From contig AP038806.1 in the NCBI GenBank assembly GCA_047150005.1, forward strand, positions 2,592,001 to 2,656,000: DNA of 64,000 nucleotides, written 5' to 3'. The notes under the pieces were generated by a model. That model did no database searches and had not been told where the DNA came from. It saw nothing but the letters and a program-made list of their open reading frames with translations. Both the position numbers and the translations under genes were made by a program. Source of the DNA: Nitrospira sp. (GTDB lineage Bacteria > Nitrospirota > Nitrospiria > Nitrospirales > Nitrospiraceae). Position 1 is the stretch's first letter, and each line of letters begins with the position of its first letter. Shown here one piece after another: positions 20,047 through 28,950 of the stretch.

Positions 20047-20748
20047 ATGAGGTCAGTGTGGATGACGGCGATTGTCGCAGCGGGGGCGTTCTCGATCATG
20101 GGCTGTGTCGTCAGCGACCGCAAGTACCAGGAGGCGGTGGCCGAAGGCGATGCCGCCAAGACTGAATTGGCCACGATGCGCACGCAGAAGAGTGCGTTGG
20201 AGCAGCAGGTCAAGACGCTGAAGGAATTGAATGTCAAGTTCGGCAACGAAGCCCAAGCCGCCCACGACGAGTTGGAGCGGATACAGCACAGCCGGGACAA
20301 GGAGCGGGGAAGCATCGAAGCGCGGACCAAGGAGCTCGAGGATCGCGTTAAGCAGTTGACCTCGCAGAATCGGGCTATGAAAGCGGAATATGAGGACGCC
20401 AAGCGGCACAATGAAACACTGAAGTCCCTCGTCGCACGCTATCAGAAGGAACTCAAGGAACGGAGCGTCACCGGCTCCTTGGCGCCCCCTGCTGCCACAC
20501 CGCCGGCGATGGTACCGGCTCCGATGACGCCGTCCGCCTCCGCGGCCCCGTCGGCCGGGGCAGGGCTGATGAACGTCAATAAGGCGTCGGCAGGCGACAT
20601 GGTGCTGGTGCTGGGCATTTCGAAGGAGATGGCCGACCGGATCGTGATGAATCGTCCCTACAAGGTCAAGGGCGAGTTGGTCGCGAAGAACGTCGTGCCG
20701 AAGGAAACTTTCGATACGATCAGGGAGCGCATTAGCGTCAGCCCCTAG
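20047..20748 (+). CDS. Coiled-coil lipoprotein with C-terminal helix-hairpin-helix-like domain
   Basis: Lipobox-like IMGC, long coiled coil, Pro/Ala linker, NVNKAS...LGI..A.RIV..RPY. Confidence 0.7.
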   Translation: MRSVWMTAIVAAGAFSIMGCVVSDRKYQEAVAEGDAAKTELATMRTQKSALEQQVKTLKELNVKFGNEAQAAHDELERIQHSRDKERGSIEARTKELEDRVKQLTSQNRAMKAEYEDAKRHNETLKSLVARYQKELKERSVTGSLAPPAATPPAMVPAPMTPSASAAPSAGAGLMNVNKASAGDMVLVLGISKEMADRIVMNRPYKVKGELVAKNVVPKETFDTIRERISVSP

Positions 20749-20972
20749 GCGTGAAGCGCATCTCGTGAAGCGTGAATCGCAAGCAGGCGCCTCACCTCGA
20801 CGGTTCTTAAAGACTTAGCGCGAGGCGAGGCACAAAGAACAGAGGGCAATTCCCGAGCAGGCCATCCATGCATATGGATGGCCTGTCGTGCTTTTGAGGC
20901 CGGAGGATGATTCTCATTCGCCCGTCTTGTTAGAATGGCACGGTACAGCTTGGGGGAGGAACGACTCTCGTC

Positions 20973-22226
20973 ATGCGCCGTCTTGTTCTGATTGCCGCGG
21001 TATTGGCCATCGGGTTGGTCATCGGCGGTTATGTGTTCTTCAACGGCGAGCGCAAGCCGCCTATTCGGTACCGTGCCGCGTCGGTTGAGCGAGGGGCGGT
21101 CGTCTCGCTGGTGACGGCCACCGGAACGATCGCGCCCGTCGTGTCGGTTCAAGTCGGCACGCAGGTATCCGGCATGATCAAGAGCTTGCATGCCGATTTC
21201 AATTCCGTGGTCAAGGCCGGGGACATCGTGGCGGTGATCGATCCGGAACCGTTTCGAGCCCGGCGAGATCAAGCCGCCAGCAACCTTGAAATGGCGAGAG
21301 CGACCGTCGCGCGAGCGAGGACGGAGCAGGCGCAGCGCCGCCGCGAGTTGGAACGAACGAAATCGCTGCTGGCCCAGCAGTTCGTGTCGCAGAACGATGT
21401 GGATGTGGCGCTCACGAATGCGCAGGGAGCCGATGCCCAGGTGAGTGTCGCGACGGCGCAAGTGAAGCAGGCAGAAGCCGCGCTCAATGCCGCAGAACTG
21501 GATCTCAAGTACACGGTGATTCGGTCACCGGTCAACGGCATCGTTGTGGCCAGAAACGTCGAAGTCGGCCAGACCGTCGCCGCGAGTTTCGCCACGCCGA
21601 ACCTGTTTTTGATCGCCCTCGATCTGACGCAAATGGAGGTGGACACGAACGTGAGCGAGTCCGATATCGGCGGCATCACGGAAGGAAAGGACGCGACGTT
21701 CACCGTCGATGCGTATCCGGGCGTCCCGTTTTCCGGCACCATCAGGCAGGTGCGCATCGCGCCGATCAACGTGCAGAACGTCGTCACCTACAATGTCGTG
21801 GTCGGCGTGGACAACAAGGATTTGAGGCTCAAACCGGGCATGACGGCGAATGTGTCGATCGTCGTCGCTCAGCGTGAAAATGTGCTGAAGATCCCGAACG
21901 CGGCGCTCCGGTTCATGCCTCCGAAATCGGAACTGGCGAGGGGCGCTCCGGCGGCCGCTGCCGGCCGAATCGCAGCGACAAGCGGTGCGGGGGGCATGCC
22001 ATCCCGGTTCATCTGGCAGGAGCGTGAAAACGGCGAGTTGGTCTCGGTTCCGGTTCAGGGCGGCATATCGGACGGCCTGTGGACGGAACTCGTCTCAGGA
22101 GACCTTGCCGAAGGCGAGGGGGTAATCGTCGGGATCGAGCAGCCCAGCGGAGAACGGCGGAGCGGCGATCTGCCGCCGGGGTTCGGCCCTCCGCAGCGTC
22201 GCCAGTCTCGCGAACGAGGCATGTAG
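20973..22226 (+). CDS. MacA-like efflux periplasmic adaptor subunit
   Basis: VGTQVSG, IRSPVNGIV, GQTVAASF, LKPGMTA. Confidence 0.9.
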   Translation: MRRLVLIAAVLAIGLVIGGYVFFNGERKPPIRYRAASVERGAVVSLVTATGTIAPVVSVQVGTQVSGMIKSLHADFNSVVKAGDIVAVIDPEPFRARRDQAASNLEMARATVARARTEQAQRRRELERTKSLLAQQFVSQNDVDVALTNAQGADAQVSVATAQVKQAEAALNAAELDLKYTVIRSPVNGIVVARNVEVGQTVAASFATPNLFLIALDLTQMEVDTNVSESDIGGITEGKDATFTVDAYPGVPFSGTIRQVRIAPINVQNVVTYNVVVGVDNKDLRLKPGMTANVSIVVAQRENVLKIPNAALRFMPPKSELARGAPAAAAGRIAATSGAGGMPSRFIWQERENGELVSVPVQGGISDGLWTELVSGDLAEGEGVIVGIEQPSGERRSGDLPPGFGPPQRRQSRERGM

Positions 22227-22283
22227 GCAAGGCCAATACCGAGCCTCCACTGCATCTCAACTTGAACCTCGGTCTTTCCGTCG

Positions 22284-22982
22284 ATGACTCCACTGATCAT
22301 CTGCCGCGAGATCTGGAAGGTCTACCGGGTCGGCGAGGTCCGGGTCGAGGCGTTGCGTGGCGTGGACCTCTCGATCGAGCGAGGCGAATTCGTGGCCGTC
22401 ATGGGCTCGTCCGGATCAGGTAAGTCCACGCTCATGAACATTCTCGGTTGCCTCGATCAGCCGACGAGAGGCAGCTATGAGTTCAACGGCGCCGAAGTCG
22501 CCAGCATGCCGCAGAACCGGTTGGCCGAGATCCGCAACCGACAAATCGGATTTGTCTTTCAAAGTTTCAATCTCATCCCGAGAACCAGCTCGCTGGAGAA
22601 CGCTCAGCTGCCGCTGTTCTATCGAGGGCTCCCGCTCAAGGAGCAGCGCCTGCAGGCCGCGGAAGCACTTCGTCGGGTCGGTTTAAGCGGACGGGAGCAC
22701 CACTTTCCGACTCAACTCTCCGGTGGCCAACAGCAGCGGGTCGCCATCGCGCGAGCGTTGGTGACGTCGCCGGCCCTTCTACTGGCCGATGAGCCGACGG
22801 GCAACCTCGACACCCAATCCAGCGAGGAGATCATGGAAATCTTCCGGGGCCTCAATCGCGAGGGCATGACGGTCATCGTGGTGACGCACGAGCCGGACAT
22901 CGCGGCCCATGCGTCTCGGGAGATCGTCGTGACGGACGGCCGGGTCGTGAGCGACCGAACGATGCGGTGCGGACGCAGATGA
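22284..22982 (+). CDS. MacB/LolD-type ABC ATP-binding protein
   Basis: [26 protein letters not shown]. Confidence 0.93.
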   Translation: MTPLIICREIWKVYRVGEVRVEALRGVDLSIERGEFVAVMGSSGSGKSTLMNILGCLDQPTRGSYEFNGAEVASMPQNRLAEIRNRQIGFVFQSFNLIPRTSSLENAQLPLFYRGLPLKEQRLQAAEALRRVGLSGREHHFPTQLSGGQQQRVAIARALVTSPALLLADEPTGNLDTQSSEEIMEIFRGLNREGMTVIVVTHEPDIAAHASREIVVTDGRVVSDRTMRCGRR

Positions 22983-22994
22983 TGGGGCTCTAGT

Positions 22995-24230
22995 ATGTCG
23001 GCATTCATCTGGTTAACGATCCTGACGGCGCTGAGAGTGATGGGGCGAAATCGCCTGCGGACGGCCTTGACCATGCTGGGAATCGTGATCGGAGTGGGGG
23101 CGGTCATTGCCATGGTCAGCATCGGGGATGGAGCCCGCCGTGCGGTCCAGAGGCAGATCGCCACGATGGGTACGAACGTCATCATCATCTGGCCTGGGGT
23201 CACGACGGTCAGCGGTGTGAGGGGAAGCCAAGGGGGCGCCGTCACCCTGACGGTGGCGGATGCCATGGATCTCAAGAAGAAAATCCCGTTGCTGTCGGAT
23301 ACGGCGTGGGCCAAACGGGACGTGATGCAGATCGTCAACGGCAACCGGAATTGGAACGGCTCCATCAACGGCGTGTCCCCGAGCTATCTGACCATCAGAG
23401 ATTGGTCGTTTACCAGCGGCGGGTCCTTTACGCAGGCCGACCTCGACAGCGCGGCTCGTGTGGCGCTGATCGGGCAGACGGTGGCGGAGAATCTCTTTGA
23501 ACCGGGAGAGGAGCCGGTCGGCGCCGTCATCCGCATCAAGAACGTGCCGTTCCGGGTGATCGGCGTGCTTGCGCCGAAGGGACAATCCGCCCAGGGTTCG
23601 GATCAAGACGATGTGATCTTCATCCCGTTCACGACGGCGGAGCGGAAGGTGTTCGGCACGCTGTTTCTGGGCTCAGTGGGAGGAATCTTCGCGTCCACCG
23701 ATCGAGTGGATGATCTCCCGGAGGCGGTCGAACAGATTCGTGAAGTCATCCGCATGCGCCATCGCATACAGGGCGAACAGGCCGACGACTTTACGATCCG
23801 CACGCAGGTGGACATTGGAAAGGTCCAACAGGGGACGAGTCAAACGCTGACCGTGATGTTGTTTGCCATCGCGTCCGTCTCCCTTCTGGTCGGAGGGATC
23901 GGCATCATGAACATCCTGCTGGTCTCGGTGACCGAACGAACCAGAGAAATCGGCGTGCGCATGGCGGTCGGCGCCACACGGCGCCACATCGTCGTGCAGT
24001 TCCTGATCGAAGCCATGACGTTGAGCGTGTTCGGCGGCGCGCTGGGGATCGTGTTCGGGGTGACGGGGGCGAAATTGACGACGGTGATCGCCGGATGGCC
24101 GACCATTGTGTCCGGGTCCGTGATTGCGGTCGCAGTGGTGTGTTCACTCGTCATCGGATTGTTTTTCGGCCTCTATCCTGCCACCAAGGCCGCGCGTTTG
24201 AATCCGATCGACGCGTTGCGCTACGAGTAA
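22995..24230 (+). CDS. MacB-type ABC permease
   Basis: LTMLGIVIGV, GGIGIMNILLVSVTERTREIG, LNPIDALRYE. Confidence 0.93.
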   Translation: MSAFIWLTILTALRVMGRNRLRTALTMLGIVIGVGAVIAMVSIGDGARRAVQRQIATMGTNVIIIWPGVTTVSGVRGSQGGAVTLTVADAMDLKKKIPLLSDTAWAKRDVMQIVNGNRNWNGSINGVSPSYLTIRDWSFTSGGSFTQADLDSAARVALIGQTVAENLFEPGEEPVGAVIRIKNVPFRVIGVLAPKGQSAQGSDQDDVIFIPFTTAERKVFGTLFLGSVGGIFASTDRVDDLPEAVEQIREVIRMRHRIQGEQADDFTIRTQVDIGKVQQGTSQTLTVMLFAIASVSLLVGGIGIMNILLVSVTERTREIGVRMAVGATRRHIVVQFLIEAMTLSVFGGALGIVFGVTGAKLTTVIAGWPTIVSGSVIAVAVVCSLVIGLFFGLYPATKAARLNPIDALRYE

Positions 24231-24808
24231 TCTTGGACCGCGGGACGGGGCGAACTGCCGGTCGGCGCGGCGGCGCGAAGCGACACCTCGATTCGCGGGT
24301 TGAGCGTATCGACGTGTTTGTAGAGGTGCGTTTCGACGATGCGGTTGTCGTTGATGCCGAGCCCCTCGCACAGCGCGTCTTGAGCGATTTTCAACCCGCC
24401 GTCGACGTCTCGCCGCAACGGCGAGGTGAAGTAGAACCGTATCGAAAGGGCCAGCGTAGTCGATTGAAGCCGCGACAGCAGTCCCGCACGGTTGGAGCAC
24501 TTGGAGAGCATGAGCAGCACAAGGTCCCCGACTTGGGCCTTGTAGGTGCGTCCTGCCGCAGAAAGGAGCCGACGGCCCCGCACCGTGGCATACTGATGAT
24601 TCACGCTGGGAGGTACGGGCAGCACGAGCGCCACGCCGTCGGTCTCGCGGTATGCTGCCGTGGAGGTCGCTCCGAAGCGCGGTTTCGCGGACGGAGCCAT
24701 GCGGGGCCCTGCCAGGAGCCTCGTAGCCGTCTGTCGGGAAATCACGCGAACCGGGAGCCGAGAACTGATGAAGGGTGTGGCGCGACGGGCGATGGGCATG
24801 CGGAGCAC
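24221..24808 (-). CDS. RusA-family Holliday junction resolvase
   Basis: PVPPSVN, RRDVDG.LK..QDAL...INDNRI; start uncertain. Confidence 0.75.
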   Translation of the reverse strand: MLRMPIARRATPFISSRLPVRVISRQTATRLLAGPRMAPSAKPRFGATSTAAYRETDGVALVLPVPPSVNHQYATVRGRRLLSAAGRTYKAQVGDLVLLMLSKCSNRAGLLSRLQSTTLALSIRFYFTSPLRRDVDGGLKIAQDALCEGLGINDNRIVETHLYKHVDTLNPRIEVSLRAAAPTGSSPRPAVQDYS

Positions 24809-25257
24809 TACAGGAGATTCAGAATCTTCGCCATGTCTTGTTCATACCGGTCTTCGGATCGGCTGAGGTATCTTCGCCATTCGCTGGGGTTCCAGACTTC
24901 CATGCGGTGGTACAGACCGACGAGGATAATCTCCTGGTCCTCATCGAGCGGAACGAGTTTTCTCAGTCGACCGGGGATCAGGATCCGACCGGTCTTGTCG
25001 ATTTCGGAGGTTCCCGCTTCCGAGACCACGAAGTGCATGAACAGCCGGCTCTGGTCTTCGTCGAGCGTCGCCTTGCTCCGTTCGAGCACCTTCTCCCATT
25101 CCTTGAGGGAATAGATCAGGATCGACTGCTCGGGGCCCTTCATAAAGACGACGGCGCGCCCCTCCGATTCAATCTGTTCGCGGATGGGCGAGGGGACGAT
25201 GAACCGACCCTTCTCGTCGACTTTACAGAGGTACTCGCCGGCAAACATCAATGCCAC
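24808..25257 (-). CDS. mraZ: MraZ-family transcriptional regulator
   Basis: MFAGEY..KVDEKGRFIVP, IDKTGRILIP, MEVW. Confidence 0.85.
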   Translation of the reverse strand: MALMFAGEYLCKVDEKGRFIVPSPIREQIESEGRAVVFMKGPEQSILIYSLKEWEKVLERSKATLDEDQSRLFMHFVVSEAGTSEIDKTGRILIPGRLRKLVPLDEDQEIILVGLYHRMEVWNPSEWRRYLSRSEDRYEQDMAKILNLL

Positions 25258-25264
25258 CTTGGGC

Positions 25265-25462
25265 TTAGCCGGTGAACGGCGTTCTGACGCGCTCCCTGAT
25301 CCACTGTTCGAGATCGGACCGCACGAATCGCCACTGGCTGCCCAGCTTGAAGGCGGGAATCCGACGGCTGTGGAGGTAGCGGTAGAGCGTCCGTTGGGTG
25401 ATCTTGAGGTATCGGCAGGTTTCTTCTGCCGTCATCAACTCGCTCTTGGAACTCCGACTCAT
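25265..25462 (-). CDS. Excisionase-family HTH DNA-binding protein
   Basis: LMTAEETCRYLKITQRTLYR...IPAFKLGSQWRF. Confidence 0.85.
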   Translation of the reverse strand: MSRSSKSELMTAEETCRYLKITQRTLYRYLHSRRIPAFKLGSQWRFVRSDLEQWIRERVRTPFTG

Positions 25463-25569
25463 TTACCGTCCAGGATGGGAGGGAAACCATAGAGCAGACC
25501 GCCTCTAGTGTGGCATCAGGGTATGCGAGAGTCGCAAGCCTGTCAAGTGAAAACATATGACAGCGAAGG

Positions 25570-25914
25570 TCATTGTCCGCCAATATCATCCAGATTCGGC
25601 GAGGATTCATCGGCATCTCCCAAGGCGCCAGACGGATCCTCTCCGAAATCCTCACCCATTTCGTCGCCCATCTTCTTCATGAACCGCTTCATGCTTTCCG
25701 GATCGCTCTCGTCAAGGTCTCCCAAGGTGTCCGGGTCCGCCAGCGATTCGAGTCTGGCCTCTTCGGATTTCGGCGACGCAAAACGGGACATCAGACGCGA
25801 GAGGCTGGTGCTTCCACAAGAAGTGCACGAGACCGGTCTCGGATTGGTGATGCTCAGTTGAAGCACGGTCGTGCGACGCCGACAGTCGAGACACAGATAT
25901 TCGTACAACGGCAT
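25570..25914 (-). CDS. FmdB-family zinc-ribbon protein
   Basis: MPLYEYLCLDC...CTSCGS. Confidence 0.85.
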   Translation of the reverse strand: MPLYEYLCLDCRRRTTVLQLSITNPRPVSCTSCGSTSLSRLMSRFASPKSEEARLESLADPDTLGDLDESDPESMKRFMKKMGDEMGEDFGEDPSGALGDADESSPNLDDIGGQ

Positions 25915-25917
25915 ATG

Positions 25918-26763
25918 CTACAGTCCCAGAATTGGTGAAGATCGAACCGGCTCCTCCACGAAGCGGCGATCCGGAATGAATAATGGCCCGATGGTGCGGG
26001 CGAGCGTCAGCGCGATGACGGACTTCGCTCCCGACGCCGACAGGGCTGCCGCACATTCGTGGAGGGTCGCGCCGGTCGTAAAGACGTCGTCGATCAGCAG
26101 GATTCGGCGACCGGCAACGACACGGGGCCTGCATACCGAAAACGCGTGCCGCACATTCTTCAGCCGCATAGTCCGAGGCAACGTGGTTTGAGGGTCGGTG
26201 GCCTGCACGCGCACGAGTTCGTGTATTGATACCGGCAGATCGAGATGCCGTGCCAGATGGTCCGAAAGGAGCAGCGATTGATTGAATTCCCTGCTGCGCA
26301 ATCTACTGGGATGCAAGGGGACGGGTAGGATGAGATCGACGTCGAGATTAGATGGCAGGGCGTCGATCATGAGCTGCGCCAAGGGTTTGGCCAAGCCGAT
26401 TTTCCCCCGATACTTGAACGCGCAAATGGCTTCCCGCAGAGGCGGAAGGTACGGATAGAGCGTCCAGGCTCGCGTGAAGGCGGGTCGGTGCTCCAGGCAG
26501 TCCTGGCAGCAATGATCCGGCGAATAAGAGACCGCAGCCGGCGAGACGAAGGGTTGGCTACAGAGAACGCAGCAAGGCCCCTGTAAGGGCAGAATCAGAT
26601 CCCAACAGCGCTGACAGAATCCGGGAACCGGGTCGCCCTGTAAGCTGACCCCGCAGGCCAGGCAATCGACCGGAACGATGAACCGCAGCGCCTGACGGCA
26701 GAGGCTGAGGAAGCCGGTTCGGGTGGATGGAAAGGACATCAACATGGCCGACGTGGAAGCCAA
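25918..26763 (-). CDS. ComF-family protein
   Basis: N-terminal CxxC pairs, PVPLH, REFNQS, LLIDDVFTTGAT; start uncertain. Confidence 0.9.
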   Translation of the reverse strand: MASTSAMLMSFPSTRTGFLSLCRQALRFIVPVDCLACGVSLQGDPVPGFCQRCWDLILPLQGPCCVLCSQPFVSPAAVSYSPDHCCQDCLEHRPAFTRAWTLYPYLPPLREAICAFKYRGKIGLAKPLAQLMIDALPSNLDVDLILPVPLHPSRLRSREFNQSLLLSDHLARHLDLPVSIHELVRVQATDPQTTLPRTMRLKNVRHAFSVCRPRVVAGRRILLIDDVFTTGATLHECAAALSASGAKSVIALTLARTIGPLFIPDRRFVEEPVRSSPILGL

Positions 26764-26856
26764 GTATCGCGCTTCTTCTAGAAAAAAACACGGCGCCTGT
26801 CAAGGTTGTTGCCCTTCAAATGGTTGTGTTATACGGAAAGAGGTCTGCAAATCACG

Positions 26857-27555
26857 ATGCTCAGGCTTGAACAGGTTTCGAAGGTCTATCAGCGGGGATC
26901 GGCTTCCATCATCGGGGTGGATCGGGTCAGCTTGGAAGTGGCGGAGGGGGAATTCTGCGCATTCAGAGGACCGAGCGGGTGCGGCAAGAGCACGTTGCTG
27001 AATTTGGTTGCCGGCTTGGACTCCCCCACGACGGGGGAGATCATCTTGAACGGGAGGCCGACCGGACGGTTTTCCTCCGACGATTGGACGCGGGTCCGGC
27101 GGGAAGACATCGGAATCGTCTTCCAGGCGTTTCACCTGATTCCCGGGCTATCCGCCGAAGAGAATGTCGCTTTTCCGCTGCTGCTGAGAGGTGAGCGGGG
27201 CGGAGCGATGCACAAACGCGTGGAGGAAGTGCTCAATCTCGTCGGAATGAGCCACCGTCGCCACCATCGTCCCGGTGAATTGTCCGGCGGAGAGCAGCAA
27301 CGAATCGCCATTGCGCGCGCTGTCGTGCATAGCCCGAAGCTGGTCGTGGCGGATGAGCCGACCGGAAATCTGGATTCTCACCAGGGCGCGGCCGTCGTCG
27401 ATCTGTTGAAGATGCTGGCCGATCAAGAACACCGGACCGTCCTTCTCGCAACGCACAGCGGCGAAGCGGCTGGCGCGGCGCACTATGTGTGGACCATGAA
27501 GGACGGCCGTCTGATCGAGCGGGTTGCACCGAACCTTCTTTCCTTGGGACGGTAG
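26857..27555 (+). CDS. ABC transporter ATP-binding protein (LolD-like)
   Basis: [24 protein letters not shown]. Confidence 0.9.
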   Translation: MLRLEQVSKVYQRGSASIIGVDRVSLEVAEGEFCAFRGPSGCGKSTLLNLVAGLDSPTTGEIILNGRPTGRFSSDDWTRVRREDIGIVFQAFHLIPGLSAEENVAFPLLLRGERGGAMHKRVEEVLNLVGMSHRRHHRPGELSGGEQQRIAIARAVVHSPKLVVADEPTGNLDSHQGAAVVDLLKMLADQEHRTVLLATHSGEAAGAAHYVWTMKDGRLIERVAPNLLSLGR

Positions 27556-28482
27556 ATGGATTTATCGACGACGATTGCGGGGGTCAAGTTTGCCGGTTGC
27601 TTCATGAACGCGTCCGGGGCGTTGTGCGTGACGCGAGAGGAATTATTGGCGTTGGGGCGCTCGCATGCCGGGGCGATCGTCACAAAATCCATGACGGTGG
27701 AGCCGCGCCAAGGCAATCCGTCGCCGCGGTATTACGGGTTCCCGGGCGGTTCGATCAATTCGATGGGACTGCCCAACCTGGGCTATCGCGCTTATGCCGA
27801 GTTGATCCCGGAATTGAAGCGGTTCGGCAAGCCGGTTATCGCCAGTGTGGCCGGTCTCGTTGAAGACGACTTCCCGATCATCGCCGAAGCCGTCAACGCA
27901 GCCGGGCCGGATTTGATCGAAGTGAATCTGTCCTGTCCGAACATCGCGGGAAAACCGCAGATCGGTTACGACGCCGAGGCGTCCGAGCGGTTGATGAAGC
28001 GCGTGCGAAAGATCATTACGGTTCCGATGGGGGTGAAGCTGCCTCCCTATTTCGATCCGGCGCATCATACGCTGATGGGAAACGTGATCGGGCGATGCGG
28101 CGTGGATTTTCTCAATGTGATTAATTCGGTAGGCAACGGGCTCGTCGTCGATCCGAAGACGGAAACCGTCGTGATCAAGCCGAAAGGCGGGTTCGGAGGC
28201 TTGGGGGGAACCATCATCAAGCCGGTGGCGTTGGCAAACGTCCGGGCGTTCTGGAAGCATTTCGACGGACGCATGCCGATCATCGGTACCGGCGGTGTCA
28301 TGAATGGCATCGACGCCTTCGAGCATATACTCTGCGGGGCTTCGGCTATGCAAGTCGGCACTACGTTGGTCGAGGAGGGAGTCGACGTGTTCACGCGGTT
28401 GGAGGCGGAACTCGTCGCCTGTCTTCGCGATAAGGGCTATCAATCGATTGCGGAGTGCCGCGGACGACTCAAGGAACTCTAG
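27556..28482 (+). CDS. pyrD: Dihydroorotate dehydrogenase, class 1A-like
   Basis: NASG, SINSMGLPN, NLSCPN, KLPPY, GFGGLGG. Confidence 0.92.
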   Translation: MDLSTTIAGVKFAGCFMNASGALCVTREELLALGRSHAGAIVTKSMTVEPRQGNPSPRYYGFPGGSINSMGLPNLGYRAYAELIPELKRFGKPVIASVAGLVEDDFPIIAEAVNAAGPDLIEVNLSCPNIAGKPQIGYDAEASERLMKRVRKIITVPMGVKLPPYFDPAHHTLMGNVIGRCGVDFLNVINSVGNGLVVDPKTETVVIKPKGGFGGLGGTIIKPVALANVRAFWKHFDGRMPIIGTGGVMNGIDAFEHILCGASAMQVGTTLVEEGVDVFTRLEAELVACLRDKGYQSIAECRGRLKEL

Positions 28483-28518
28483 GTGGGGATGCGTGATCGG
28501 CGCTTGATGGCGTAGACG

Positions 28519-28782
28519 TCACTTGCCGAACGATTTGGACAGCAGACCGAGTTGGAGTGCGCGTCGGAGGAGTTGGGCGACGTTTCTGACGTTGAGGCGG
28601 CGCATCAAATTGAATCGGTGGACTTCGACGGTGCGGACGCTGATCTGCAGGACGGTGGCGATTTCGCGATTGGTGTGACCGATGGACACCAGCCGGAGAA
28701 TGTCCCGCTGACGCGGAGTGAGCGGCCCGAGATCGATCTCTTCCGCGGCCGGCTCGGCTTTGCGGCGCAACGCGCTTTTCAT
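28519..28782 (-). CDS. Stand-alone LuxR-type HTH protein
   Basis: LTPRQRDIL...TNREIA..LQISVRTVEVHR. Confidence 0.88.
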   Translation of the reverse strand: MKSALRRKAEPAAEEIDLGPLTPRQRDILRLVSIGHTNREIATVLQISVRTVEVHRFNLMRRLNVRNVAQLLRRALQLGLLSKSFGK

Positions 28783-28950
28783 GTGGCTCTCACCTTCGAT
28801 CTCGTCATGTGTGAAGCGAGTCTAGCAAAGGCGGGAAACCCTGTAAACGAAACTACTAAATCCTGCAGCCGCAGTCCGTCCCCTGTGTTCTGATCCGCGA
28901 ATTACCGACAGTCGTCTGTTTCTCACCTCAACGACGAGGAGTCGGCTGGA

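Noticed and set aside
24221..25462. Prophage suggested by rusA and excisionase-like genes
   Set aside because: No integrase, structural or lysis genes nearby; the flanks are housekeeping.
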